This document shows positions 10,221 to 21,012 of a DNA stretch of 64,000 nucleotides, piece by piece. The notes under the pieces are model-generated. The model was given only the letters and a program-made list of their open reading frames with translations. It ran no database searches and had not been told where the DNA came from. The translations under genes and the position numbers were made by a program. The DNA is from Roseateles sp. (GTDB taxonomy: Bacteria > Pseudomonadota > Gammaproteobacteria > Burkholderiales > Burkholderiaceae_C): assembly GCF_965262435.1 (NCBI RefSeq), contig NZ_OZ253537.1:825332-889331 (forward strand). The letters are read 5' to 3'. The first letter of the stretch is position 1. Each line of letters begins with the position of its first letter.

Positions 10221-11561
10221 TCACTTGATGCGCTGCAGCAGGGCATTGCCCTCGGTGATCAGGCGGCGCGCGGCGTCTTCGTCGCCGGTCTTGCCGTAGG
10301 CGATGGTCTCGAACACCTCGCGCATGAATTTGTGCAGGCGGGCATGCTCGAACAAGGGCGCCGGCAGGGCGATCTGGCCGGCCGCGCGCTGCTGGCGGAT
10401 CTGCTCATGCGCTTGCAGCTCCAGCGGCGGCAGCTTCTTGGCGGCCAGCAGCACCTCGACCTGGGCCTTGGCGACGGGCACGCCGCGGGTGCGGCCGAGG
10501 ATCAGCGCCGCCTCGCGGCTGGTCAGCAGATAACTGAGCAGCTCGGCGGCCAGCGCGGCATTCTTGCTGTTGCGGCCCACGGCCAGCATCACGGTGGGGC
10601 GGCCGAACATGCCGCTGTTCTTGGCACCAGGCAGGGTCGGGTAGTCGCCCAGCACCAGGCGCTGCTTCTTGTCCAGCGTGGCAGCGCGCAGGCCGATCAC
10701 CGAATCCCAGGTGTAGTTGCCGGCCCAGTTGCCGACCACCCAGTCCTGCTGCTGCTCGGTGGCCTTGTCGGCGCCGCCCAGGCTGGCGCGGAGCTTCAGC
10801 GGCGTGGCGACATGGCCGTCCACCAGGCGGCGGTAGGTGCGCACCCAGTCCAGCGCGGCGGCGAAATCCATGGCCACGCGCGGCGAGGCCGGGTCGACGT
10901 AGGGCGTGCCGTGCTTTTGCTGCACATAACTCTGCGACAGCAGCATCATGTCGTAGAGCTCGCCGTCCAGCGGGTAGGCCTGCGGGCCCAGGCGGGCGCG
11001 CATGGTCTCGCCGGCCGCGAACAGCTCGTCCCAGGTCTTGGGCAAAGGCATGTTGGCGCGATCAAACGCCGCCTGGTTCCAGAGCAGCACGCGGGCGCTG
11101 TAGCTGACCGGCAAGGCGTTCAGGTGGCCGGCCACCATGCCGGTCTGCACGTCTTCGGCTTCGAACTGGTCCAGGGCCAGGTGCTGGCGCTGCTGCAGCA
11201 GGTCGGCAAAGCCATTGCCGCGCTTGGAGAACATGGCCAGCCAGGCCCAGTTGATCTGCATGAGGTCGGGCTCGGAGCCACCGGCGATCTGGGTCGTCAG
11301 GCGCTCCAGATACCCATTGAAACCCATGTACTCGCACTTGATCTTGACGCCCGGGTGCGCGGCTTCGAAAGCGGCGACGGCCTTGAGCGTGGCCTCATGC
11401 CGGCTGGCGCCGCCCCACCAGGCAAAGCGCAGCACGGTCGGAGCGCCTGTGCTGGCGCTGCCGTCCGGCCCGCTCGGCGAGCAGCCGGGCAGCAAGCTGC
11501 TCGCGGCACCGGCCATGCCGGCGGCCAGCACCGTTCGCCGTTGCAGCAGGGCGGGCTTCAC
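10221..11561 (-). CDS. togB: oligogalacturonide ABC transporter substrate-binding protein
   Basis: 'LRFAWWGG..RHEATLKA', 'QIAGGSEPDLMQINW.WL'; RR-containing leader ending 'LLPGC'. Confidence 0.85.
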   Translation of the reverse strand: MKPALLQRRTVLAAGMAGAASSLLPGCSPSGPDGSASTGAPTVLRFAWWGGASRHEATLKAVAAFEAAHPGVKIKCEYMGFNGYLERLTTQIAGGSEPDLMQINWAWLAMFSKRGNGFADLLQQRQHLALDQFEAEDVQTGMVAGHLNALPVSYSARVLLWNQAAFDRANMPLPKTWDELFAAGETMRARLGPQAYPLDGELYDMMLLSQSYVQQKHGTPYVDPASPRVAMDFAAALDWVRTYRRLVDGHVATPLKLRASLGGADKATEQQQDWVVGNWAGNYTWDSVIGLRAATLDKKQRLVLGDYPTLPGAKNSGMFGRPTVMLAVGRNSKNAALAAELLSYLLTSREAALILGRTRGVPVAKAQVEVLLAAKKLPPLELQAHEQIRQQRAAGQIALPAPLFEHARLHKFMREVFETIAYGKTGDEDAARRLITEGNALLQRIK

Positions 11562-12691
11562 AGCAGCAGGTTCGCGCCGGTGTCGGCGTCGAACAGGTGG
11601 GCGCAGGCCATCTGCAGGTGAAAGAGGTGGCTGTCGCCGCGTTGCTTGTCGGCCAGGCCGTTGAGCTGGTCGGCCGGCACGCGCGCCGTCAGCGGCTGAT
11701 CACCGATGGACAGGTGAACAAAGACTTCGCTGCCCATATGCTCCATGAAGCGCAGCGTGGCCGGCACGGCCAGGCTGTCGCCCTGCGGCCGGGCCTGGGC
11801 GCTGATGTGCTCGGGCCGCAGGCCGAACTTGATGGCGGCGCCACGGCCGTGCAGCTTGGCGGCCTTGGCGGGAGGCAGCGGCAGGCGCTGGCCGCCGAGC
11901 AGCACGGTCAGGCCCTCTGCGCCGGGCACTTGCTGCAGCTGGGCCTCGAGGATGTTCATCTCGGGTGAGCCGATGAAGCTGGCCACAAAGGCATTGGCCG
12001 GGCGGTCGTAGAGCGCGGTGGGTGTGTCCACCTGCTGGATCACGCCGTCCTTGAGCACGCAGATGCGCTGGCCCATGGTCATGGCCTCGACCTGGTCATG
12101 GGTCACGTAGATGACGGTGGCCGGCTGGCCCGATTCGCGCAGGGTGCGGTGCAGCTCGGTCAGGCGCACGCGCATGGAGGCGCGCAGCTTGGCATCGAGG
12201 TTGGAGAGCGGCTCGTCGAAGAGAAAGACCTCGGGCTTCTTGACGATGGCGCGGCCCACGGCCACGCGCTGGGCCTGGCCGCCGGAGAGCTGCTTGGGGT
12301 AGCGGTCCAGCAGATGCTCCATCTCCAGCAGCTGGGCGGCCTGGCGCACGCGCTGGTCGACCTCGGCCTTGGGCGTGCCGGCCAGCTTGAGGCCGAAGGC
12401 CAGGTTGTCGTACACCTTCATATGCGGGTAGAGCGCATAGTTCTGGAACACCATGGCGATGCCGCGCTGCTTGGGCGCCAGATCGTTGACGCGCCGGCCG
12501 CCGATTTGCAGCTCGCCGCCCGAGATGGTTTCCAGGCCGGCGATCATGCGCAGCAGCGTGGACTTGGCGCAGCCCGAGGGCCCGACAAAGACCATGAACT
12601 CGCCGTCCTGCACTTCCAGGTCCACGCCATGCACGGCCTTGAAGCCATTGGGGTAGACCTTCTCGATTTTCTTCAGGCTCAGGTGGGCCAC
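11558..12691 (-). CDS. togA: oligogalacturonide ABC transporter ATPase (MalK-like)
   Basis: 'GPSGCAKST', 'LSGGQAQRVAVGRA', 'DEPLSNLDAKLR'; GTG start with GGAGA RBS. Confidence 0.88.
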   Translation of the reverse strand: MAHLSLKKIEKVYPNGFKAVHGVDLEVQDGEFMVFVGPSGCAKSTLLRMIAGLETISGGELQIGGRRVNDLAPKQRGIAMVFQNYALYPHMKVYDNLAFGLKLAGTPKAEVDQRVRQAAQLLEMEHLLDRYPKQLSGGQAQRVAVGRAIVKKPEVFLFDEPLSNLDAKLRASMRVRLTELHRTLRESGQPATVIYVTHDQVEAMTMGQRICVLKDGVIQQVDTPTALYDRPANAFVASFIGSPEMNILEAQLQQVPGAEGLTVLLGGQRLPLPPAKAAKLHGRGAAIKFGLRPEHISAQARPQGDSLAVPATLRFMEHMGSEVFVHLSIGDQPLTARVPADQLNGLADKQRGDSHLFHLQMACAHLFDADTGANLLL

Positions 12692-12734
12692 TGTTGTCTC
12701 CGTCAGATTTCTATTCGGTCGATTTGTGAAAGGT

Positions 12735-12822
12735 CTGGACGGCAGGGCGCCCTATTCCGCTCATGTCCCCCGGCCTTCGGCCTCCTCCTTTACTTCGCTT
12801 CATAGGACCCCCTGCCGTCCAG
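12735..12822. repeat. REP/MITE-like palindromic element
   Basis: Perfect 13-bp inverted repeat ctggacggcaggg (12735-12747) / ccctgccgtccag (12810-12822) in the togN-togA gap. Confidence 0.6.
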
Positions 12823-12851
12823 CCCCGCCCCATGCTCCCGAAGCGCGCCAC

Positions 12852-13715
12852 TCATCCCTTCACCCCACTCGAAGTCGCCCCTTCGATGAAGTGCTTCTGT
12901 GCCAGGAAGAACACCGTCACCGAGGGCACCAGGGCCAGCACGGAGATGGCGATGACGCTGGCCCATTCGACCTCTTCGGTGGCGCCGATGCTCATCTTCA
13001 GTGCCAGTGAGACCGGGTATTTTTCGACCGTGGAGAGGTAGATCAGCGGGCCCATGAAATCGTTCATGGTCCAGATGAACTGGAAGACGATGACCGAGAT
13101 GATGGCCGGCTTGAGCAGGGGCACGATGATGTGCCAGAGCAGCTGCAGGGCGTTGCAGCCGTCGATCTGCGCGGCCTCTTCCATGTCGCGCGGGATGCCG
13201 CGCAGGAACTGCACCAGCATGAAGACGAAGAAGGTGTCGGTGGCGAAGGCCGAGGGCACGATCAGGGGCAGGTAGGAATCCAGCCAGCCCACCTCCTTGA
13301 ACACCAGGTACTGCGGCAGGCGCAGGATGATGAGCGGCAGCATCATGGTGCCCACCATCACCGAGAACAGCAGCTTCTTGCCCCAGAACTCGAAGCGGGC
13401 GAAGGCGTAGGCGACCAGCACGCAGGAAATCACCGTCACGACGATGCGCGGGATGGTGATCAGAAAGCTGTTCAGGAAGTAGGTGGCGAAGGTGTACTCG
13501 GTGCTGGTCTTCCAGCCCTTGGCGTAGGCGCCGAAATCAAAGCGGGCCGGCCAGAAGCCGATCTCGGTGTAGATCTCGGTGTTGCTCTTGAACGAAGCGC
13601 CCACCAGCCAGATCAGCGGGTAGAGCATGACGATGGCCACGGCGCCCAGGGCCAGGTAGCGCAGCCAGGGCCGGCCGCGCTCGCGCACCAGGATCAGTTC
13701 GGAGGCGCCGCTCAT
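12852..13715 (-). CDS. togN: oligogalacturonide ABC permease (MalG-like)
   Basis: EAA loop 'GIPRDMEEAAQIDGC'; start overlaps the togM stop. Confidence 0.88.
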   Translation of the reverse strand: MSGASELILVRERGRPWLRYLALGAVAIVMLYPLIWLVGASFKSNTEIYTEIGFWPARFDFGAYAKGWKTSTEYTFATYFLNSFLITIPRIVVTVISCVLVAYAFARFEFWGKKLLFSVMVGTMMLPLIILRLPQYLVFKEVGWLDSYLPLIVPSAFATDTFFVFMLVQFLRGIPRDMEEAAQIDGCNALQLLWHIIVPLLKPAIISVIVFQFIWTMNDFMGPLIYLSTVEKYPVSLALKMSIGATEEVEWASVIAISVLALVPSVTVFFLAQKHFIEGATSSGVKG

Positions 13716-14599
13716 CGCTTGCTCTCCTTCTCGCCGGCGTAGAACACCCAGTAGCGCGAGCTCCAGAAGGACAAGCCGCTCAAGGCCGCCACCAGGGCGA
13801 ACAGCACCCAGCTCAGCGCCGCGCCGTAGCCCAGGTTGAAGAAGCGGAAGCTCTGGTCGTAGATGTAGAGCGCCAGCACATAGGTGGAGCTCAGCGGCCC
13901 GCCCTCGGTGATCATGTAGGGGCCGTTGAACTCCTGGAAGGCGTGCACCATCTGCATGATCATGTTGAAGAAGATCACCGGCGTGATCAGCGGCACGGTG
14001 ATGCGGAAGAACTGCTGGCGCTTGCTGGCGCCGTCGCATTCAGCGGCCTCGTAGAGCGCGATTGGCACGTTCTGCAGCGCCGCCAGAAAGATCACCATGG
14101 CCGAGCCGAACTGCCAGGTGAAGAGCAGCACGATGGTCCACATCGAGAAGTGCTCGTCGGCCAGCCAGGAGATCGGCTCGATGCCGAACTTGCCCAGGGC
14201 GATGTTGACCAGGCCATGCTGGGAAAAGATGAAGCGCCATAGCACGGCCACCGCGATCGAGCCGCCCAGGATGGAGGGCAGGTAGAAGGCCGAGCGGAAG
14301 AAGTTGATGCCGCGCATGCGGAAGTTCAGCACATGGGCGATGAAGAGCGCGAAGCCCACGCGCAGCGGCACCGCCAGCATGGCGAACAGCAGGGTCACAC
14401 CCAGCGATTTGCGGAACAGCGGGTCCTGCGTGGCCAGCTCGCGGTAGTTGTCCAGGCCCACGAACTCGGGCGGGTTGATGATGTCGTACTGCGTGAAGCT
14501 GAGCGCCAGGCTCATCACGAAGGGAAACAGCTTGAACAGCAGCACGCCCAGCACAAATGGCAGGACGAACAGAAAGCCCAGCTTCTTGTTCTCATACAT
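13712..14599 (-). CDS. togM: oligogalacturonide ABC permease (MalF-like)
   Basis: 'MYENKKLG..F.LPF..G', 'LYEAAECDGAS..QQFFRITVPLITPVIFFN'. Confidence 0.88.
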   Translation of the reverse strand: MYENKKLGFLFVLPFVLGVLLFKLFPFVMSLALSFTQYDIINPPEFVGLDNYRELATQDPLFRKSLGVTLLFAMLAVPLRVGFALFIAHVLNFRMRGINFFRSAFYLPSILGGSIAVAVLWRFIFSQHGLVNIALGKFGIEPISWLADEHFSMWTIVLLFTWQFGSAMVIFLAALQNVPIALYEAAECDGASKRQQFFRITVPLITPVIFFNMIMQMVHAFQEFNGPYMITEGGPLSSTYVLALYIYDQSFRFFNLGYGAALSWVLFALVAALSGLSFWSSRYWVFYAGEKESKR

Positions 14600-14680
14600 A
14601 CACCGTGTCTCCGGCGGTCTCGTCGTCTGTCGCGACGGTTGGGGGGCAGGGCGCAGTCGCGCCCTGCGAGTGGGTCCAGA

Positions 14681-15442
<762 letters not shown>

Positions 15443-15472
15443 GAAGTGCTTTCGTATGAGGTGGCGTGGCGT

Positions 15473-16309
15473 TCAGCGCAGCGCAGTCATGGGCACATGG
15501 TCCATGTCCTTGAAGACCTGGTTCTCGCCCACCATGCCCCAGATGAAGGTGTAGGCCTGAGTGCCGACGCCGGAGTGGATGCTCCAGCTCGGGCTGATCA
15601 CTGCCTGCTCGTTGCGCACCACCAGGTGCCGGGTCTGGCTGGGCTCGCCCATCATGTGGAAGACGGCGGCGTTCTCGTTCATGTCGAAGTAGAAGTACAC
15701 CTCCATGCGCCGGTCGTGCGTGTGGCAGGGCATGGTGTTCCACAGGCTGCCGGGCTCCAGCTGGGTCATGCCCATCAGCAGCTGGCAGGTGGGCAGCACA
15801 TCGGGCACCAGGAATTTGTAGATGGTGCGGCGGTTGCTGGTCTCGGGCGCGCCCAGGGTCTCGGGCGAGGCCTCGGCCAGCGTCACCTTGCGGTGTGGGT
15901 AGGCGGTGTGGGCCGGCGCGCAGTTGAAGTAGAGCTTGGCCGGTTGCGCCGGGTCCACGCTGCTGAAAGCCAGCTCGCGGGCGCCCTGGCCCACGTACAA
16001 GGCCTCGCGCGGGCCGATCTCGAAGACCTGCTCGTCGACGCTGACACGGGCGGCGCCGCCGATATTGATGAGGCCCAGCTCGCGGCGCTGCAGGAAGAAA
16101 TCGGTGCCGGTGTGCTTGCCCAGCTCGGGTGCAAAGCGCACGGCCTGGCCGACCGGCATGATGCCGCCGACGATGATGCGGTCGATCTGGCTGTAGGTCA
16201 GCGTCGCTTGGTCGGGCTGGAACAGGTCCTCGACCAGGAAATGGCGGCGCAGGCCCTCGGTGTCCAGGGTTCGTGCGTGTTCGCTGTGGATGGGTTGGCG
16301 GATGTCCAT
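15473..16309 (-). CDS. kduI: 5-dehydro-4-deoxy-D-glucuronate isomerase
   Basis: '[11 protein letters not shown]', '[11 protein letters not shown]', '[19 protein letters not shown]', 'WSIHSGVGT'. Confidence 0.96.
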   Translation of the reverse strand: MDIRQPIHSEHARTLDTEGLRRHFLVEDLFQPDQATLTYSQIDRIIVGGIMPVGQAVRFAPELGKHTGTDFFLQRRELGLINIGGAARVSVDEQVFEIGPREALYVGQGARELAFSSVDPAQPAKLYFNCAPAHTAYPHRKVTLAEASPETLGAPETSNRRTIYKFLVPDVLPTCQLLMGMTQLEPGSLWNTMPCHTHDRRMEVYFYFDMNENAAVFHMMGEPSQTRHLVVRNEQAVISPSWSIHSGVGTQAYTFIWGMVGENQVFKDMDHVPMTALR

Positions 16310-16472
16310 GGCTGGGGTCCTAGCGGTCGGGCGGGAGGCCGGCGAAGCCGCGCGCGTCAGGCGGCGGTCGGGGTGCGGGGTGGTGGGCAAGCCCAGGCAG
16401 AAGGCCTGTGGCGCTGCGAATGGGTGCAAGCCTAACGCAGCTCAGGACTTTCCTGGAATTATGGTTTCTATT

Positions 16473-16493
16473 TAGTGAACCGCTGTTTCATTT
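16473..16493. promoter_or_regulatory. KdgR operator between divergent kduI and kdgF
   Basis: tagtgaaccgctgtttcattt matches 16/20 positions of the enterobacterial consensus AAATGAAACAnTGTTTCATTT; -10-like TATAGT at 16508-16513. Confidence 0.8.
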
Positions 16494-16567
16494 ATTTGGC
16501 GGGGCGCTATAGTCTGAGCCATCGATGCGTGAAACGGCCGTTCGCGCCGCAGCAGGAGACGTCCCCG

Positions 16568-16903
16568 ATGAGCACACCGTACTTCGACAACGCCAGCAGC
16601 GCCTGGACCGAGCTGGGCGATGGCATCCGCCGCAAGATCGTGGGCCACACGCCGGAGTTGATGTCCGTGCTGGTGCATTTCGACCAGGGCGCCATCGGCA
16701 GCGTCCATGCCCATGATGCGCATGACCAGATCGCCTTTGTGGTCAGCGGCTCTTTCGAAGCCGATGTGGCCGGTATCAAGAAGATTCTGCGCGTCGGTGA
16801 TGCCTTCACCGCGCCGCGCCTGACCCCGCACGGTGTGGTGGCCCTCGAGGCCGGCAGCACCTTGCTCGACCAGTTTTCCCCTCCTCGGCAGGACTACCTC
16901 TAA
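16568..16903 (+). CDS. kdgF: KdgF-type cupin (unsaturated uronate ring-opening)
   Basis: 'GIRRKIVGHTPELM.V.V.F..GAIG..H.H..HDQ', 'LLDQFSPPRQDYL'. Confidence 0.85.
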   Translation: MSTPYFDNASSAWTELGDGIRRKIVGHTPELMSVLVHFDQGAIGSVHAHDAHDQIAFVVSGSFEADVAGIKKILRVGDAFTAPRLTPHGVVALEAGSTLLDQFSPPRQDYL

Positions 16904-17099
16904 GCCTCTGCCACCGGAGGCGGCCGCACTGCAGCGGCTCGCCCCGGCTCTCCCGATGTAGCGGTGCCCTGCGTGCGCCCTCCAAGCCAGACCCGAACCG
17001 GCCAAGCCGCACAGACGGCGCCGGGTCGTGCGAAACCCGCATCAGAGCGTCAGCCGGCCCCGACCGAGCGACGCCGCCCCAAACCATTGGAGACAAGCC

Positions 17100-20093
17100 A
17101 TGACCTCGCGCCCCGCTTCGCCGCAGACGCCCCAATTCACTTGCCGCCGCAGCCTGCTCTCGCTCGCCTCGCTGGCTGCCCTCAGCACTTTGGCCGCCGG
17201 CGCCCAGGCGCAGAGCGCGCCGCCACCGGCCGCCCCGGCTGCCGAACAGCCCGCCAAGGCCAACCTGGACACCGTCACCGTCACCGGCCTGCGGGCCTCG
17301 CTGGAAAGTGCGCTGCGCGCCAAGCGCGATGACAACAGCATCGTCGATGTCATCAAGGCCGAGGACATGGGCAAGTTCCCCGACACCAACCTGGCCGAAT
17401 CGCTGCAGCGCGTGCCCGGCGTGGTGATCGACCGCGACGCCGGCGAGGGCCGCAACATCACTGTGCGCGGCCTGGGCCAGGATTTCACCCGCGTGCGCAT
17501 CAACGGCATCGAGGGTCTGGCCACCACAGGCGGCACCGACAGCTCCGGCGGAGCCAACCGCTCGCGCGGCTTCGACTTCAATGTCTTCGCTTCCGAGTTG
17601 TTCAACTCGCTGACCGTGCGCAAGAGCAGTTCCGCCGATGTGGACGAAGGCTCGCTGGGCGCCACGGTGGACCTGCAAACCACCCGGCCTTTCGACCTGA
17701 AGGGCTTCAAGGGCATGGTCTCGCTCAAGGGCGGCTACAACGACCTTTCGGCCAAGACCACGCCGCGCGCTGCCTTCCTGCTGTCCAACACCTTTGCCGA
17801 CAACAAGCTGGGCGTGCTGATCTCGGGCGCCTACTCGCAGCGCAAGGTGCTGGAAGAAGGCTTCAGCACCGTGCGCTGGGACAACGGCCCCTCCTCGGGC
17901 GGCTGGTGCGCCCCACAGGGCGTGACGCCCGCCAACCCGACGAACTCGAGCGCCACCACCTGCGGCCCGGCGGCTCAGGGTGTGCTGCGCCTGCCCAACA
18001 CCGCCGCCAATATCGCGACCTACAACGAGGCCAGCAAGGCCGAGAACTTCCACCCCCGCCTGCCCCGTTACGGCCGCCTGACCCATGACCAAGATCGTCT
18101 GGGGGTGACCGCCGCCGTGCAGTTCAAGCCGGCCGATGGCACCTTGCTGACCCTGGACCTGCTCTACTCCAAGCTCGACGCCACCCGCCAGGAAGACTTC
18201 CTGGAAGTGATCTCCTTCAGCCGCAACGCCGGCCAGGGCGGCAAGCCGCAGACCAGCGTGGTCTCGGCCAGCTATGCGCCCAACGGCGCCCTGCTCAAGG
18301 GCGTGTTCAACGGCGTGGATGTGCGCGCCGAGTCGCGTTTCGACGAGCTCTCCACCACCTTCACCCAGCCCACCCTGACCCTGGAGCAGGACTTCGGCGA
18401 TCATGTGCGCCTGACCGCCCGGGCCGGCCGCGCCACCAGCAAGTTCCGCAACCCGGTGCAGACCACCACGACGCTGGACGCGCTCAATGTCAACGGCTAC
18501 AGCATTGACTTCAGCGCCGACGACCGCGCCCCGGCCATCAGCTACCCCTTCGACCCCACCCAGGCCGGCGGCGCCCTGACCCTGGTCGGTGTGCCGGTGG
18601 CCAGCAGCGGCACACAGGCCGGCACCATCGCCAACACCACCAGCAGCGAAATCCGCATCCGCCCGCAAGGCGCCAGCAACACCAACGATGTGTTCCATCT
18701 GGACCTGGCCTGGGACGTGGTGCCGAACAAGCTCACGTTCAAGGGCGGGGTGGACTACAAGAAGTACAGCTTCGACTCCTACGAGTTCCGCCGCGTCAAC
18801 CAGAACGACACCATATTCCCGGTGCCGGCCGGCAGTACGGTGGCCAGCCTGACGACCAGCCTCAGCGGCTTCGGCAAGGGCCAGAACCTGCCTGCTGGCA
18901 CGGCCACCAGCTGGGTCATCCCCAACCTGGCCGCCATCGCCCAGGCCTACGACATCTACTGCAATTGCATCAAGAGTGGCCCGGCCGGCGGCCCTGGTGA
19001 CTTCACGCTTTCGTCCATCACCAACGGCAATGCGCGCGGCAACAACCGCAGCGTCACCGAGCAGGACGAGGCGGCCTTCTTCCAACTGGATTTCAACACC
19101 CGCCTCGGTGACATCCCGGTGCGCGGCAATATCGGCACCCGCTACGTCAAGACCCGGCTCGCAGCCACCGGCTACCAGGCCACCAGCGGCGGCACCGCCG
19201 TGACCGTGGACCATCTCTACGACGACCTGCTGCCCGCCGCCAACCTGGCCGCGACGCTGAGCAAGGACGTGATCGTGCGCTTCGCCGCGGCCAAGGTCAT
19301 GGCCCGGCCGCAGCTGGGCAATCTGAGCCCGGGCGGCACGGTGTCCACCACTGGTACCTTGTCGGTCACCAGCGGCAACCCCCTGCTCAAGCCTTTCCGC
19401 GCCACCACCTTCGATTCCAGCATCGAGTGGTATTTCGCCAAGAACGCCTTCCTGGGCCTGGGCCTGTTCCAGAAGAACATCAGCACCTACATCCAGAGCA
19501 TCCGCAACAACATCCCCTTCAAGCAGACCGGCCTGCCCATGAGCCTGCTGCCGAGCAACTTCACCGGCGACGAGGTCTTCCAGGTCACCGCCCCCATCAA
19601 CACCGACGGTGGCAAGCTGCAGGGCTTCGAGCTCAACTACCAGCAGCCCTTCACCTTCCTGCCCGGCTGGGGCAAGAACTTCGGTGCCCTGCTGAACTAC
19701 ACCTATGTGAAGAGCAAGATCGAGTACGTGGTCTCGCCCACCAGCACGGCCACCATCACCGACGACTTGATCAACCTCTCGCCCAAGTCCTGGAACGCCA
19801 CGCTGTACTACGACGACGGCGCCTTCAGCGCCCGCATCTCCGGCTCGCAGCGCTCCGGCTTCGTCACCCGTGTGCCGGGTCAGAATAACAACGATGTCGA
19901 GGGCAAGAACAAGACCTTCAACGTCGATGTGTCCCTGAGCTACAAGTTCAATGACAAACTGGAAGTGACCCTGGAAGGTGTCAACCTGACCAACCAGGCC
20001 AACGACCAGTTCATCAGCCGGGCGCGTGACAGCGTGGTGGTCAACAACGTCACCGGCCGTGAGTTCCTGGTCGGCTTGCGTTACCGCTTCTGA
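17100..20093 (+). CDS. TonB-dependent receptor (carbohydrate uptake)
   Basis: Signal peptide, TonB box 'LDTVTVTG', plug 'GKFPDTNLAESLQRVPGV', C-terminal 'GREFLVGLRYRF'. Confidence 0.93.
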   Translation: MTSRPASPQTPQFTCRRSLLSLASLAALSTLAAGAQAQSAPPPAAPAAEQPAKANLDTVTVTGLRASLESALRAKRDDNSIVDVIKAEDMGKFPDTNLAESLQRVPGVVIDRDAGEGRNITVRGLGQDFTRVRINGIEGLATTGGTDSSGGANRSRGFDFNVFASELFNSLTVRKSSSADVDEGSLGATVDLQTTRPFDLKGFKGMVSLKGGYNDLSAKTTPRAAFLLSNTFADNKLGVLISGAYSQRKVLEEGFSTVRWDNGPSSGGWCAPQGVTPANPTNSSATTCGPAAQGVLRLPNTAANIATYNEASKAENFHPRLPRYGRLTHDQDRLGVTAAVQFKPADGTLLTLDLLYSKLDATRQEDFLEVISFSRNAGQGGKPQTSVVSASYAPNGALLKGVFNGVDVRAESRFDELSTTFTQPTLTLEQDFGDHVRLTARAGRATSKFRNPVQTTTTLDALNVNGYSIDFSADDRAPAISYPFDPTQAGGALTLVGVPVASSGTQAGTIANTTSSEIRIRPQGASNTNDVFHLDLAWDVVPNKLTFKGGVDYKKYSFDSYEFRRVNQNDTIFPVPAGSTVASLTTSLSGFGKGQNLPAGTATSWVIPNLAAIAQAYDIYCNCIKSGPAGGPGDFTLSSITNGNARGNNRSVTEQDEAAFFQLDFNTRLGDIPVRGNIGTRYVKTRLAATGYQATSGGTAVTVDHLYDDLLPAANLAATLSKDVIVRFAAAKVMARPQLGNLSPGGTVSTTGTLSVTSGNPLLKPFRATTFDSSIEWYFAKNAFLGLGLFQKNISTYIQSIRNNIPFKQTGLPMSLLPSNFTGDEVFQVTAPINTDGGKLQGFELNYQQPFTFLPGWGKNFGALLNYTYVKSKIEYVVSPTSTATITDDLINLSPKSWNATLYYDDGAFSARISGSQRSGFVTRVPGQNNNDVEGKNKTFNVDVSLSYKFNDKLEVTLEGVNLTNQANDQFISRARDSVVVNNVTGREFLVGLRYRF

Positions 20094-20100
20094 GGCGGCG

Positions 20101-20898
20101 ATGCGGCGGGTCTGGGGACTTGGGCTGCTGGCGCTGGCCAGCACCCACGCTTGGGGCGAGCCCGGGGCGGCTCAGGTGCTCCAGGCCCGCGTGGTCCTGG
20201 TGGGTGACTCCACCCTGGCCACGCGCAGCGGCTATGGCGACGCTTTGTGCGCCCGCTTCAGGCCGGAGCTGCAATGCCTGAACCTGGCGCGCGGCGGCCG
20301 CAGCAGCGCCAGCTTCCGGGCCGAGGGTTTGTGGGATGCCTTGCGCGAGCGCTTGCGCCAGGAACTGCTGCGGCCGACCTGGGTGCTGATCCAGTTCGGC
20401 CACAACGACCAGCCGGGCAAGCCCGGCCGCTCCACCGATCTGGCGACCGAGTTTCCCGTCAACCTGGCCCGTTACTTGAGCGAGCTGCGCGAGCTGGGCG
20501 CGACGCCGGTTCTGCTGACTCCTCTGACCCGGCGCAGTTTTCGCGAGGGCCAGCTGCTCAATGACCTGCGCCCCTGGTCCGAGGCCGCGCTGCGGGTGGC
20601 GGCTGAGGCCGCGCCGCCCGTCGCCGCCATCGACCTCAATGCCCTGAGTCATGCCCTGGTGCAAGCCATGGGCGAGGACGAGGCCGACCGCCTGGCCATG
20701 GCACCCAAGCCCAGCGCGGCCGAGCCGGTGGCTGCAGCCGCGTCGGCGGAACGTGCGGGCGCTGCCAAGAGCGCGTTTGATCGCACCCATGTGGGCGAGC
20801 GGGGCGCGCAGCTGTTCTCGGCCCTGGTGCTGCGCGAGTTGCTGCGAGTGCAGCCCGCGCTGGCGCCCTATGCCTTGAGCCCTGCCTCGGGCAATTGA
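20101..20898 (+). CDS. rhamnogalacturonan/pectin acetylesterase (SGNH, CE12-like)
   Basis: 'LVGDST', 'NLARGGRSS', 'LIQFGHND', 'FDRTH'. Confidence 0.88.
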   Translation: MRRVWGLGLLALASTHAWGEPGAAQVLQARVVLVGDSTLATRSGYGDALCARFRPELQCLNLARGGRSSASFRAEGLWDALRERLRQELLRPTWVLIQFGHNDQPGKPGRSTDLATEFPVNLARYLSELRELGATPVLLTPLTRRSFREGQLLNDLRPWSEAALRVAAEAAPPVAAIDLNALSHALVQAMGEDEADRLAMAPKPSAAEPVAAAASAERAGAAKSAFDRTHVGERGAQLFSALVLRELLRVQPALAPYALSPASGN

Positions 20899-21012
20899 GG
20901 CTTCGCAGGCAGACAGCCTCGCCGCCGATGCCGCCGCTGGCGCCGAGCACCAAGCCCGAGAACAGCCGCGCGCGGAACTGCCGACGATGTGCCAGCGGCT
21001 ATACAGTTCTGC

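Noticed and set aside
16806-20144. Very long antisense ORFs (1112 aa here; also 58327-60636, 36145-38112, 29863-31755, 33111-34748, 14333-16435)
   Set aside because: They mirror real genes on the opposite strand; stop codons are scarce in antisense frames of high-GC, codon-biased genes, and the translations carry no domain motifs.
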